Positions 1-12,368 of a stretch of 64,000 nt of DNA are shown piece after piece. Below the pieces are notes generated by a model, which was not told where the DNA came from, did not search any database, and was given only the letters and a program-made list of their open reading frames with translations. The position numbers and the translations under genes are program-made. The stretch comes from Camelus ferus (lineage: Eukaryota). The stretch lies in NCBI RefSeq assembly GCF_009834535.1, contig NC_045706.1:70928001-70992000 (forward strand), given 5' to 3'. Numbering within the stretch: position 1 is the stretch's first letter; each line of letters starts with the position of its first letter.

Positions 1-1027
1 TCCCCGCTGCTCACTCTCCACCCACCACCAGTGGGGGTGGGGGTGTTGAGCACCCTGAGATGGGATGGGAGGGGCGCTGTTCAGGGTTACAGCAGGCAGC
101 AGGTGTGTTCCGACTGGCTCTGGGCCAGGTGGGACGAAGGTCACACGACTGTATGAAAGGCACTTAGAGGTGGGCCACCTGGGGTGGGGCGGTGTCCTTA
201 CACGTGTGAGCTCCTGGATGATGCTTTACAGGACATGGGGATCACGTGGGTTCATACCCAGAAAAAGCTCTCGATGAATGAACCTTGGCTGGGGATCTGC
301 CCACTTCCTGTTATTAAATGACCGTACGATTAAGTCGATGGTAGGGATCGAGCCTTCTGAACAGCGTCTTCTGCCTCCCCCCTGCCTCCCCCATGTCCCA
401 ACGGCGGGCCTGTGCCAACACTTCACATGCTAGACATCACAGCAACTAGAAGAGGCCGTGAAGGATGCTTGTAAATCAAAACTATAAACAGTTACGAGGG
501 AACCGGCTACTTCCCCGTTTCTTCATTAAGCAGTTGGCCAGGCCAGAGTTGGCTGTGTGAGTTCATTTTGAAATGGCCTGGGAGGCAGAATTACTTTAAA
601 CATACCTTTTGGAAGGGAAATTTTCCTTCTGCTTACTCAGCATGAGGTAGCAATTAAAATGCTGGGTTTCCTCCTTTTGGAGAGCTACCCCTGAATAATT
701 TATGGCTTCACCCACCAGAGGCAGCAAGTTTCGCTGAAATAAAATGATTCCGGGAAAGGCTGGCCCTGCTGACCAGCCCCCCCCGTCTTCCCGGCATCAT
801 GGTCGCATTGGCCAGGGTCGCCGCCTCCGAGGCCAGTTTGGTGCCTATGGCGCCAGGACCGCCTGGAGCTCTTCCAAAGAATGGTCGCTGAAAGGGAGGA
901 TGGTGGCCACTTCACTCCGCAGGCCTCGATTCCTTCTGTAAATTCTAAAGCCCTCAGCCCACCATCAGTGGATTTCTGTTACTGACGTCTCAGTAAAGCC
1001 GATCCCGTTTTAGGTACCTCCGTGGGG

Positions 1028-1170
1028 CCAGGCGCTGTGCACGGTGCCTTCCCTGTGTCCCCCCCACCAGTCATCCTACCCCCCACAACAGCCTTGCAAA
1101 GCAGGGGTCACTGTGCCCATTTTACAAACAGGAGAGATGACGGAATCTGTCCAAGATGGTGAGTGCAGTT
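1028..1170 (-). mobile_element. MIR fragment
   Basis: atcctacccccacaacagccttgcaaagcagggg...cccattttacaaacagg. Confidence 0.6.
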
Positions 1171-1961
1171 AGCCACAGGTAACTAAATTTAGGGTTTCAA
1201 CTCCCTAATCTGTCTGTCTGAATTTAAAACCTAGGATGGCTTGTGTACTTTGCTCATCTTAATTTTGCTGTGGAAAACCTGTTTTTCAGAGACTACCTAA
1301 ATCAGTAGTAGAGGAAGGTTGCCAGGAGGTTGGGGGAGTGGTTTAATTTCTGAAGGATATGCACAGCTTTTATTAGCAATCCCTCTACGGATGTGATCGA
1401 AGCAAAGTTTGTCTTCTACAAGTCTCTACGTACTGTTAGCCTGGCTTATCTGGAGTTGAAAATCCTACCTCTGAAAGATGTGGTGTGTGTTTCAGTATGT
1501 CCCTGCATTCATCAGAAATTGTCAGGCTTTTATTGCATTCGTGAAATTACCTAAACCAGCCTCGTCAGACTCATGTACTAACAAATTTAGAGTCACCACG
1601 TAGCGAGTGTCCGATAAATTGCCGTCTCCTCTGAATGGAGCCTCTCAGGCCCTAAGGGGTGAAAGCATTCTTTCCAAAGGCACCTTAACTTTCAAGGAGA
1701 CGACGGCCAGAAAGCTGTGGCCAAGCTCCTGTGTTAAGAATCTGGTGTGTCTTTGGGTTTCCCTTCCTCCTCCTCTGTGTGCCTTCCTCTTCAGATCAGT
1801 ATTTCTGGCTTGGCCAGATCTGTGGGGCAGTGATGTGTGCAGAGTGTAGTGAGGACGCAGGGCACTGGGGACACGGGAAGGGTTGCGCCTGTCTGGGGTC
1901 GGGGGAGGAGGGGAGGACAGTTCCCAGGGTGGGTGTCTGGGTCTGGCTCCCTCCCGGGAGG

Positions 1962-2076
1962 ATGTCGCGGAAGTGGCACTCGGGGCAGAGGCCCAGTGAT
2001 GGGATGAGCATCCCGTGGTGGACGGGGAGGCGGGGTATGGGGGCTGCAGCGGTAGCACTTGGCCTGCCTGTTTCAG
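1962..2076 (+). CDS. PGBD5: Candidate alternative N-terminal extension contiguous with exon 2 ([14 protein letters not shown]...LPVS)
   Basis: ATG at 1962 (A at -3) is in frame with exon 2 with no intervening stop. It would give a 452-aa protein and resembles the recalled human 455-aa isoform N-terminus (MSRGRHW...QPAAG). Confidence 0.45.
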
Positions 2077-2504
2077 GTCCCACCCGCCAGATGCCCCCCA
2101 GCGCCAGTGCCATGGACTTCTTCCAGCTCTTCGTCCCGGACAATGTCCTCAAGAACATGGTGGTGCAGACCAACATGTACGCCAAGAAGTTCCAGGAGCG
2201 GTTCGGGAGCGACGGGGCCTGGGCGGACGTGACACTGGCAGAGATGAAGGCCTTCCTGGGCTGCGTGATCTCCACCAGCACCTCGCACTGCGAGTCGGTC
2301 CTCAGCATCTGGAGCGGTGGCTTCTACAGCAACCCGAGCCTTGCCCTGGTCATGAGCCAGGCCCGCTTCGAGAAGATTCTCAAGTACTTCCACGTGGTGG
2401 CCTTCCGCTCCAGCCAGACCACGCACGGCCTCTACAAGGTCCAGCCCTTCCTGGACTCCCTGCAGAACGGCTTCGACTCCGCCTTCAGGCCTTCACAAAC
2501 CCAG
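2077..2504 (+). CDS. PGBD5: PGBD5 coding exon (human exon 2 equivalent), 428 nt, phase 1 to phase 0
   Basis: tttcag|GT CCC ACC CGC CAG ATG ... ACC CAG|gtgagg. Translates (G)[48 protein letters not shown]...[23 protein letters not shown], recognisable as PGBD5 (piggyBac DDE_Tnp_1_7-type domain). Confidence 0.98.
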
Positions 2505-5500
2505 GTGAGGCCGCGTGCAGGGCAGGGGGCTTCGGGCTGGTGGCGGGGCCGGGGGCGTCCTCCCCTCCTGCCTGGACTCTGAGGTCCCCTCCAGGGTCTC
2601 CCTGTTCGTCTCCCAGGCCGCTCCCCCATCCAGGCCCCATTCAACAGGAGGGAGATGACAGATGAACAGCTCTAAACCACGTCCGCGTTTTGCTCTGAGA
2701 TGCAATTACCCTCCCCTTTTCTCCTCATCCTCTCTCTCCTTTAATGAGACTTCTAAACTATGGTTTGCCCAGGGAAGTGTTCATTTTCTTGTATTCTCTG
2801 AGAATGTGCTCATCGGCTGGTGGTGAGGGGGTGAGGGGCCTTCCAGGTGGTGGAGGGACCGAGCCTGGAATTTCCAGCCCTCCTCGGGCAGTCGCGAGTG
2901 ACAGACGTGGGGGCCCCCGGCACACGTGGCAGAGCCAGAGCCTTTGGATGGGAGCTGGCAGTGCCCCCCCCCCCACCTGACTGCCCTGGTCCCTCGCACC
3001 TTCCCAGCTCCCCTCGCTTCCTCGGTATGGGGAGCTCTCAGCTCCGGAGCCCCTGCCTCCTGGTTGGCCTGGCAGTCGCATTTGGCTGTGCTGGGATGGC
3101 TTCAGAACCATCCTCAAACTTGCTCTCCTGGTCTGTTTCCCTGAGGAGGGGGCTCTTTCTCGAGATTTCTCTAACCAGAACATCAGGAAAGTTCTTAGCT
3201 TCCGTGAGCCCAATTCCCTTCGACCTGTTCTAGATGGAGACGAAATCTTACTTCTCTTTTATTTATACGTTTAAAGGCCCACCCATCCCCTCCTCCTTCC
3301 TGTGCTTTTCCTTTAAGGCCTGCGTAACAGGACTCCAGTTGTTTCTCGTGTCCTCTTGTGCGTCCTCTCCTCACTCCATCTTGCTTTCTCTGCACAGGGA
3401 TTTTGAGAGGCCTTAAAACGGTCTCTCAACTGTTCCCCTGTCTCAGAACTGCCGTCCTGTGAATATGCCGGACTCACTAGGGTTTCCAGGTGTTCGTGAT
3501 GTACCTTCTGCCTCCAGGAAGGCCTCCCCCCTTCTCTGCCTTGCCACATGTCCCCAGTGTCCAGGGCCCTGGGGGAGACCTGCATTCCCGTGTTGATTCC
3601 CAGCTTCCCAAATTCCCCCCGCTCTTTCCGGGGCAGTGAGCGCCGTGTTTTGTCTTGTCTCCCAGCTGTGTCCCTCACCTTCCTTCCTACCAAGACGTGG
3701 GGTCCTGGGGGGCACAAGCTCTGCCTTGTCACGGGCCCTGCAGGACCAAGTACGGGGCTGGGCGCATTGTTTTTCACTTCGCTGAGTATTTGCTTGGTTG
3801 AAAATGAGCCAAACCAGAGGCATGTTGGCTGGGTGCAAGGGATGAAAACTGTATTCTGACCATCCTTGGTGTCAGACCTGCTGGAGAGGGCTGTCAGCTG
3901 CCTAAGCCTGAGTGTCTTTCAAGAGTCAACCGACCAGCTACTTGGTTGATTGCTACTAGCAGCCTAAAGATAAGATTGCGGGGGGTCCTTCCAGCCCCTC
4001 GACGAGGCGGGCCTTGTCCACGATTATGCTCCCGTTTGTTGTGTGCTCTGCGCCGTCTGAACCTCCTGGAGCTGCGGCATCAGACACCCGAGACCTGCAT
4101 CCCGGGCTGTCACCACGCCTCTGTGTGTGTGTCCCGGGGGTCTGGGTAGCTGGCGGGCACAGCTGCAGCCCCCCCAGCAAGTTCTGAGCTGTCCCGGCCT
4201 CGGACGTGGGTGCCCGGAGCGGGGCAGGTGTCCAGGCAGGCAGCTCTGCCCTCCTGCGTTGTGCAGCTCAGTTGTAGGGAGACCTTGCAGAGGCAGTCAC
4301 TTTATTCTTGCCGCCCACACCTTTTCTTTGCGTCCAGTTCATGGGACTGAGAACAGAGGGACTGATGTGAGGTTCAGCTCGTGGAAGATTTCTCTGGTCA
4401 TGTTGGATTTCCCCTCCCCCCGCCCCACTTTGCTTTTTTTCCTTTATTTTGCATGTAAGTTTTAATTTTACCTTTGTGTTTGCAAACATGTATGCTCTTT
4501 CTGTGACCATTTTCTATCCTGTGCTCTGTGTTAGGTCAGGACCCCAGCAGGAAACAAATTCTAGGTTCTAGAAGGGCAGTTGAAGAGACTTGGATGTGGG
4601 GACTGTGGACGGTCAAGGTTTAGGGAAATTACCAGGCAGGGAGCGTGCCCTGGGCAGTGACGGCTACAGCTGGGGGAGGCCGGGTGGTGCAGGAGGGCAG
4701 GCAGGGCCCTCCCATGTCTTGTTCACGCCTCCCGCTTGGCCAAGCAAGCTGGACACTGCAGGCAGGGGCCTGGGGGGTGCAGATTATAAGAAGTTGGCCT
4801 CTAGGCCACAGTGCAGAGTAGGAAGCGTGGGAAAGGGAGGCCTGGGGGCAAAAGATATCCAGTACAGTCCACCCAGCAGACAGGAGCCCAAGGCAGAGGG
4901 TGAGTCGGAGGTCCCCGGGGTCGGTTTTTCCAGTGGGCTGATCATAGCAAGGTATTTCCTCCTCTTGCCTCCTCTCCACCTGACTCTGGGCGTTGTTGAG
5001 CCAGCTCTGTGTCCGGAGGCAGGAGCAGGGACCCCCAAAGGAGATGAAATCGGAAACCACAGCGTATGATTGATTTGGAACATGCTTAGGCCTTGCTGTT
5101 CGCTGGGGTCCTGCGAATCACTGGCCCCCTTGCCCTGCCGACCTGGCCCACGTGGACCAGGCTTTCCCGCTGGCCTCCAGCATCAGCCACGCTACGCCGG
5201 CTTCCTGCCTCCCTTGTCCTCTCCAGGGACCGTCTCCCTTGCAGGAAAGGAAGGGGCTTCCTCTTCTAGCTCTTGATCAGAAGAGTTGGAAGCCCTGACG
5301 GCTTCCTGGCTTTGCAGCTTCTCTCTCTCTCTGGAAATCCCTGGGGGCTCTGGAACATTCTATTCAAGGAGAAGGCGCGTTTGTGAGTTGCTGACTGTCA
5401 CCCCCGGGCGTCAGGGCTCCGTGAAAGGTCTTCACTCTGCCTGTTGGGACCAGCGGGACGATTCTCACTCCACCCCCGCCAGACGGGAGCAACTTTGCTC

Positions 5501-6354
5501 CGGGCTCCACCTCGTCACACAGCACCCTTTGCCCTGCAGGCTCCCAGGCCGGTTTGTTCCAGCAAATGGGACCCGTAGGGGCGAGTTTAGAGCTTTTGGG
5601 GTCCTCAGAGGGCTCCCAGAATCTACCAGTAACTGGCAGCAGTTACTGCATCTCCTCAAGACGGGGGCGGATTAATTAGAGGAGGACTCGGGGGGAGGCA
5701 TTATGAAAGTCAGCGCGCGGCTGCCCAGCCCACGCGGCTCGCCCTGCACAGAGGGACTGCGGGCCGGGAATAGCTCCCGCCTGGTGCTGCGCTCAGCAGT
5801 GACCTGTCCCAAATTCACGGAAGGATGCTAGAAAAGAGAGGGCGCCGTGCAGGCCCAGGAGTTCCTGCTGGCTCCTAGACTCTGGTGAGGCGGGTGATTA
5901 AATGTACGTTTGGACTGATTCTGTGGTAAGTGCCAATGGCATAAAGGCGTTGGCTTTTTGGAGAGGAGAGAGAGAGGGCTGTTTTCCTGGGCCCTGCTCC
6001 ATTTCCCCCCAGTGTGGGACATGTCCATCCCGCTAGAGTGGTTCCAAATGGGCTTTGAATGTTTGATGAGCGATTCAGAATGAGCAATTGCGAGGAGCAG
6101 GCATGAGGTCAGCCTCTCCAGCCTCTCTTCAGGAGCACAAAGTTGGGGGAGCCAGGCTTAATGCCCCCTGCTTCCAACAGCAGAGAACTGAAGGGGCCGG
6201 TGTGCACACCCAAGACCGAACACAGCAGGGTGGCTCTTTTTTAAGTGGAGTTCAAGGTAATATTAATAGAAGAACGGAAGGCCCCTGTCCACGTCACGAT
6301 TGGTGAGTGTCGTTCCCCGTTCTGCCCTTGTCGGGCCACGTTCCGACATCACCG

Positions 6355-6470
6355 GGGAGCTTGTTGGAGATAAAGGAACTCAGGCCCTGCCCCAGGCTCA
6401 CTGAATCAGGATCCACATTTCTGTAAGATTCCCAGGTGACTAATTTGTTCATTAAAGTTGAAAAGCCCTG
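6355..6470. mobile_element. MER5A-like hAT fragment
   Basis: ggagcttgttggagat...ctcaggccctgccccagg...actgaatcag...taagattcccaggtga...taaagttgaaaagccctg. Confidence 0.7.
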
Positions 6471-6950
6471 ATGGAGAGGAGGCTGGCAGACTCTCTCTGT
6501 CAATGGCTGGGTATTTTAGACTCTGGGAGCCGTGTGGTCTGTGTCGGGACCTTGTAGTCCAAAAGCAGCCACTGACGATACATCAGGGAGGGCACAGGGC
6601 GCAGCGAGTTCGGGGACAGCTTTATTCAGGGGCGGTGGGCTGGGCTGTAGTTTGCCAGCCCCTGATCTAGAGCGTGGTGGAGGGTTCTTGGAATCATAGG
6701 ATTTCCTGCGTTCTTCATCTCCATGAACTGCACACGTACCTACCAACTCCTAAGTAAGCTTGAAATTGGGTTGGGAGGGACGTGTCGTGGGTTCCTAAAG
6801 TTTACCCAAGTGTCTCTCCCAGAAAGCTCTAGCTTGAAGAAACAAAACTTGGACCACTCCTGGGACCTGGTTTTGTTGTGCCATTGCTTTGATTTTGTCA
6901 TCTTGTCATTGAAGAAGTCCTATCACCATGTCATCACCAAGTGGAAATAG

Positions 6951-7062
6951 TGGGGGAAGGGATAGCTCAGTGGTACATTGCATGTCCTTAGCATACAGGA
7001 GGTCCTGGGTTCAATCCCCAGTCCCTCCATTAAAAAAAAAAAAAAGAGAGAGAGAGAGAAAG
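6951..7062 (+). mobile_element. tRNA-Ala-derived camelid SINE (Vic-1-like), short-tail copy
   Basis: A box TAGCTCAGTGG, B box GGTTCAATCC, A15+(GA)n tail. Perfect 12-bp TSD AAGTGGAAATAG at 6939-6950 and 7063-7074. Confidence 0.92.
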
Positions 7063-7089
7063 AAGTGGAAATAGGCGAAATAAGTTTAA

Positions 7090-7450
7090 AAATTACCTAG
7101 GGAATCCCACATCCGAAAGGACATGACCACTTGGAAGGAAGCCAGAGGCTGCATCATGGCAACGAAGGAACTGGGTCATTTCAGGAACAGTTTTTAAAAA
7201 GAGAATGTTCAACCTGGGAAAAAGAAGGGTCATGGGCCAGCATAAGAACTGTCTGGAAAACCTAAAGACATCATTTGTGTCTGTCTTTGTTTCTCACAGG
7301 TGCAGAAGTCAAGCCAGTAGGTTTACATTAAATGCAGGTCAGTGTTGAGTCAGTGAGCAGTTAGAGTATCTCCCAGTGGAAAGATCTTCCTTGAAAGAGG
7401 TAGGTGCCCCCACCGGGCGTGTCCAGCTGGAATTCAGGATCCCTGCTGGA
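7090..7450 (+). mobile_element. L3/CR1-like ancient LINE fragment
   Basis: gagaatgttcaacctgggaaaaagaagg...ataagaactgtctggaaaacctaaag and ccttgaaagaggtaggtgcccc...gtgtccagctgg resemble the CR1/L3 3' region. Confidence 0.5.
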
Positions 7451-7534
7451 GGTCCCTCTCCCAAGTGATATTTTGGACTGAGAACCTTAGGCTGCTAGTA
7501 ATAATAATAATTAATAATACAAATTATGATGATG

Positions 7535-7735
7535 GCGATTTCCACTTATTAAATATCTGCTAAGGGCTTTGCATACAGTTCCTTACTTAATCCTCTTCAA
7601 AACTCTAGTAATCGATATCCATATTCTCCTTTTACAAATGAGGAGACTGAGGATCAGAGAGGTGAAGTAACTTAGCCAAGGTCACACAGCTGGTCAAAGG
7701 CAGAGACTAGATTTGATCCCAGATCTGATGACCCC
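7535..7735 (-). mobile_element. MIR, ending ~50 nt before the exon 3 acceptor
   Basis: ttttacaaatgaggagactgaggatcagagaggtgaagtaacttagccaaggtcacacagctgg (reversed MIR core). Confidence 0.9.
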
Positions 7736-7783
7736 CTAGCACGCTGCCTTCCCTGAGATGCTCTGCTCTTTCTTTCCCGGCAG

Positions 7784-7918
7784 GTGCTACACGAACCCCT
7801 GATTGACGAGGACCCTGTGTTCATCGCCACGTGCACGGAGAGGGAACTGCGGAAGAGAAAGAAGCGGAAATTCAGCCTCTGGGTCAGGCAGTGCTCGTCC
7901 ACCGGCTTCATCATCCAG
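7784..7918 (+). CDS. PGBD5: PGBD5 coding exon 3, 135 nt, phase 0 to 0
   Basis: tctttcccggcag|GTG CTA CAC ... ATC CAG|gtgagc. Encodes [45 protein letters not shown], including a basic NLS-like RKRKKRK. Missing from the ORF track because it is short. Confidence 0.98.
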
Positions 7919-10184
7919 GTGAGCCCAGGGCTGGCCCTGGAGGCCAAAGGGACAGTTTGGTAACCAAGGACCTTGCTCATGTACCCTTTTCACTGCGCCC
8001 CGCCCCCACATGCTGCAACTGAGGCTGGGGCTGCTGTGCCCCTCCCCACTGGTGCACCGGGGGAGCCGGCACTGTCCCCTGCACGGTCTTCCTGCCACTC
8101 CAGCCCCTCTACTTAAATAACCATGGTAAATACTGCTCAGGGCTCCGGCCCTCGCAGGGTGAGCCAGAGGCTTCACCAGAACGGTGGGCACACACCGTGT
8201 GGCATCTTAGAAGGCACCCCCACAACCTCCCAGGTCTCTGTCCTGCCTTCCAGTCCTGAGCACGCCTTCTTCCGAGGCCATCAACAGCACCAGGAGCTCG
8301 GCCCTTGGAGCCAGCGTCACCGCCTGCTCCCTGCCCTGCTCCCGGCAGATGTGGGCGCACGTTTTAGAAGAGGCGGCCGAGCTCTGCGACAGGAACAGGG
8401 TCAGACACTGAGCTGCCAGGGCCGGCAGGGTACAGAGCGCATGAAGGGAAGAGACATGGCTGGTGGAATGGACCAGGGACCCTGGCCGGGACCTGCTCCT
8501 CCTTCTGTGGTGCTTCCCCGTCAGTCAGGCCACACCGCGGACCCCACCTCGCTGCCCCTCCCAGCTGCAGCTCCAGGCCCAAGGCACAGGGTGTTTGCAC
8601 GCCTCCTCCCTCTCCCCCGAGCCAGAGGACTCATAGGAAGATTCAGCTGACCACCTTCTCGCATCTGCTCAGAGACACAGCAAGGAACTGCATGTGCCTC
8701 GAAGCACCAGCCCACCCTGCCCCATGGGCCTGGGAGCTTCAGGTTGGGCTGGGGCTGGGGTCTCCAGCTGGGCCCGGGCCTGGGTCAGCTTGTGCACGGC
8801 TTCAGGCGCTTGCCAGGCAGACCCACCCCCCCAGAGTGGGAAACACACTGGACGTGCTGCCTGGACCCTCCATCCTCTGGTGGCCCTTGCCATCTCTCTA
8901 GTGTCCTTTGCAGTGACACTCCCATGAGGACAAGGGAGTCCATTTCACTTTGCATATACCATCGGTCATTCTTTGAATAAATGCTTCTTGAGTGCTGTTC
9001 CCTGAAGCATCGTGCCAGGCACCGGGGTGTGAAGGCGTGGTTCCGCCTGCTGGGGGTCCGCCCGTGGAGCTTTTGGATGGATGTTCGCACGTGGGTACTG
9101 CGGGCATCTGGCACCATTTCCTTGTTCCTGTAAAGCTGATAAGTAGCTAGAAGTCAACGTCCACTACCTGGCAAGGTGACCCCTCTCTCGGGGCATGTTC
9201 TCATACCAGTTTCCATGAAATCTATAAAATCTCCGTCTATAAAATAGAAGGTTCACATTGGTTCCTTGAAGTGCCCTTTTATTTCTAAAGCTCTGTGGTT
9301 CTAGGAGGCTTTGCTGCAGTGTGAGGGTTTGAGTTTGGAAGCCAGAATTGAAGCTGGCAGCTCCCGGTCATGAGCAGCCCGGCCTCCACCACGGCCAGGA
9401 TGGCCTGGCAGCCCCGTGTGCTCACCACTCCCTCGGTTGCAGGCTGTCCCGTGGCATGTGGAGCGAAGACTTTCTTGGCCTCCCCTCTTCATTCATTGGT
9501 CCAGATGAAGGTGCCTGTGGTACAGCAAAGCAGGGAGGGACCGCTGGCTGTGAAGGACCCGCGTGGCCTGGGGACAGCTGTCTGTTTTGCGTCCTGTCCT
9601 TTGTCTCAGTTCTCCGGATCCTAATGCTGATGTGATAGCTTTTGCACAGCAGTGGCCCAAGCAGATCCAGCTGTGGCGGGAGAGGTGGGGTCAGGGGGTG
9701 TCTTCCACCCCCTAGAGTACCCCCCACCTTCATCTCCTCTCTTCTCACCCAGCCATCAGGAACGGGGGGACAGTGGTATTCACCCCGTGTCCCAGGCGAG
9801 GTGACTCAGTGCTGCTTCTGTCCTGGGACCCCCTCCCCCATCCTGAGGGCCAGCCACAGGCTCAGCTCTGCTAGCTGACCTAAGCCAGCTCCCCAAATTG
9901 TCCTGGACCTTAGTGTCTTTCTCTGTAGAGTGAAGGGATGGGGTATCTTAACCAGCAAGGTCCCTTCCACTGCAGTGTTCTCTGATTCTCCTTCATTTTC
10001 TTCATTTTCGTTTGTTCAATAAATTCTTCTTTGAAATGACTCTTCATTGGAGAATCCCAGTGGCTGAGCCTCAAAGAGACCGTGGCCAGCCTGCTACGCC
10101 AGTTGCCCTTTGCCCCCTGCTGTCCGTCCTCTCACTGGTCGCAGGTTGGAGGCTGTGCTCCCCCTCCCAGTACTGAGGCTGGCT

Positions 10185-10260
10185 GATGGGATGCAGGCAG
10201 ACAGATGGGTTGCAGGCAGACGGATGGGATGCAGGCAGACCGACGGGATGCAGGCAGACA
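10185..10260. repeat. Minisatellite, 4 x 19 bp (GAYGGGWTGCAGGCAGACV)
   Basis: Units start at 10185, 10204, 10223 and 10242. Confidence 0.92.
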
Positions 10261-11637
10261 CAGTGCATGAAGAGGTTGGAAAGGGCGTGTGTGTGGCTCT
10301 GCTCTGGCTTCTCTGCCATGACCGTGGTGTCCGGCTCTGTCACTGAGTCCTGAAACCCACGAGCTAGTACAAGTGATCATGTGCCACTGAGCCTTTGCAG
10401 CTGTTCATTACGCAGTAACAGAACTGACCTGGGACCTGCCAGTTAGGGTCTGCAAAGCTGACCCGGTAACCTTCCTCCCGTTCCCCTGTCGTGGACTCGG
10501 CTGGGACCTGGAAGCGACAGTGGATTTACAGGTGCGTTTCCGGGAGAGACCAAGGCCTTGCTTCAGCTTGTAGTGTGGTGCTGTCAGGACTCTGGGGTTT
10601 ACTGATTGGACTGCATCCTTCTGAGTTAGGGCCGGGGTGGAGGTTAGCTCCACTTGAAAGATTCTAGATCAAGGGATACATGAGAAAAACATTCCAAATT
10701 GCTTAGTGATTTCTCAGTGGTCCTAGAAAAGGTTAGTGAGAGAACTAACCAGGAGGTCTGCGCCTCAGATGTGCGGAGCGCACCATCCCCCACAGGGCGT
10801 CTGGTCGAAGAAGGAGAGTTGACAGTTAAGACAGAAACATCGCTGCTGACAGTGATGGTGCTCAGAATAGCCCCAGTGTTGTTCAATACTTTTACAGGCT
10901 TACTAGCCTTGAATTCATTTGAAGAATAACCTTAGACTCACATGAAATTGGTGAAAAGTCTTATGTGATTTAACCCACAAACAGACTACAGGGAGGTGTG
11001 TGGGAGAATGGGAGGAGAAGGAAGAGATGAACTGAACTGTGTTGTCCTGAAAATTAAGGAGTTAATGTCTTTCCCTCCTGGGAGTGCAAGATGTAGGGGA
11101 TGCAGAGTTTCCAGGAGAACGAAGCAGTCAGTGGAGGTGTGGTCACTGCAGAGAGAGAGTCAGACCTTGTGGAGAATGCCGTCCTCAGATCTCTCCTCCA
11201 ACCCTCCTTCCAGAAGGAGAAATCTCGTGCAAGAGGCCTGACTTGGACGGGTGGGCCCGGCCTCCCACTTAGCATTTGTAGAGCTGCCCTGCAGGACTGC
11301 TCACCGTAAAAACCCTCAGATCCAAAATGTCTATCTTGGTGTCTTACCGTGCACCAAATGCTGGGAAATGAACCAGCACAGACGATGCCCGCCTGCAGGG
11401 CTCGAGGCCCGAGGAGCAAGCCCGTGAGGCCGTCCACACCGCCCTGTGAAGGCGACTGCCGCCTGGAGGGCCGGGGCCTGGGTCCTCGGTAACCTGGCAA
11501 GCTGTCCTGCGTGGAACGGTGTGGAATGAACTTTGTACTGTGTGTTGCGGGCATAAGGGGAAAGCACGGGCCTGTCTCTAAGGAGCATGTCTTTTTAAAT
11601 TGTGGGAAAATACACAGAGCGTACAATAACTATTTTT

Positions 11638-12368
11638 TTCATTGAAGTATGGTTGATTTACAATGTTGTGTTAGTTTCTGGTGTATAGCAGAGTGACTCG
11701 GCTTTGCATATGTGTATTCTTTTTCATAATAGGCTATTACAAGGTGTCGAGTGTAGTTCCCTGGGCTGTACAGTAGGACCTTGTTGTTTATCTATTTTAT
11801 GTGTAATAATGTGTATCTGCTAATCCCAAACTCCCAATTTATCCCTCCCCCTATTCTTTCCCCTTTGATAACCATAAGTTTGTTTTCTATGTCTGTGAGT
11901 CTGTTCTGTTTTGTAAATAAGTTCATTTGTGTCATTTTTTTAGATTCCACATTTAAGTGATATCATATGATATTTGTCTTTCTCTGTCTGACTTGCTTCA
12001 CNNNNNNNNNNNNNNNNNNNNNNNNNNNNNNNNNNNNNNNNNNNNNNNNNNNNNNNNNNNNNNNNNNNNNNNNNNNNNNNNNNNNNNNNNNNNNNNNNNN
12101 NNNNNNNNNNNNNNNNNNNNNNNNNNNNNNNNNNNNNNNNNNNNNNNNNNNNNNNNNNNNNNNNNNNNNNNNNTGCTTCTGTGTCTTGGCTATTATGAAC
12201 AGTGCTGCTATGAACATTGGGGTGCATGTATCTTTTCAAATAGGAGTTTTCCAGATGTATGCCCAGGAGTGGGATTGCTGGATCATTGAGTAAGTCTAGT
12301 TTTAGTTTTTTTTAAGGAATCTCCATACTATTTTCCATAGTGGCTGCACCAAATTCCATTCCCCATTT
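11638..12368 (-). mobile_element. L1 3' fragment (artiodactyl type) inserted into an older L1MB-like 3' end (~11590-12470)
   Basis: ORF2 C-terminal remnants ([12 protein letters not shown]..., EASQTEKDKYHMISL) and L1 3'UTR. TSD AAC(T/C)ATTTTT at 11628-11637 and 12369-12378. N gap at 12002-12173. Confidence 0.88.
12002..12173. other. Assembly gap (172 N) within L1
   Basis: N run. Confidence 1.

Noticed and set aside
1-1961. PGBD5 canonical exon 1 or CpG-island promoter
   Set aside because: No MAEGGGG-like acidic/Pro-rich coding segment or CpG island was seen; the large first intron places it upstream of the window.
1731-2582. 283-aa single-exon ORF as a complete gene
   Set aside because: Only 2077-2504 (and possibly 1962-2076) is supported. 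The C-terminal part reads through the gtgagg donor into intron 2.
10185-10260. CRISPR-like array
   Set aside because: The repeats are directly tandem with no spacers, and the context is mammalian.
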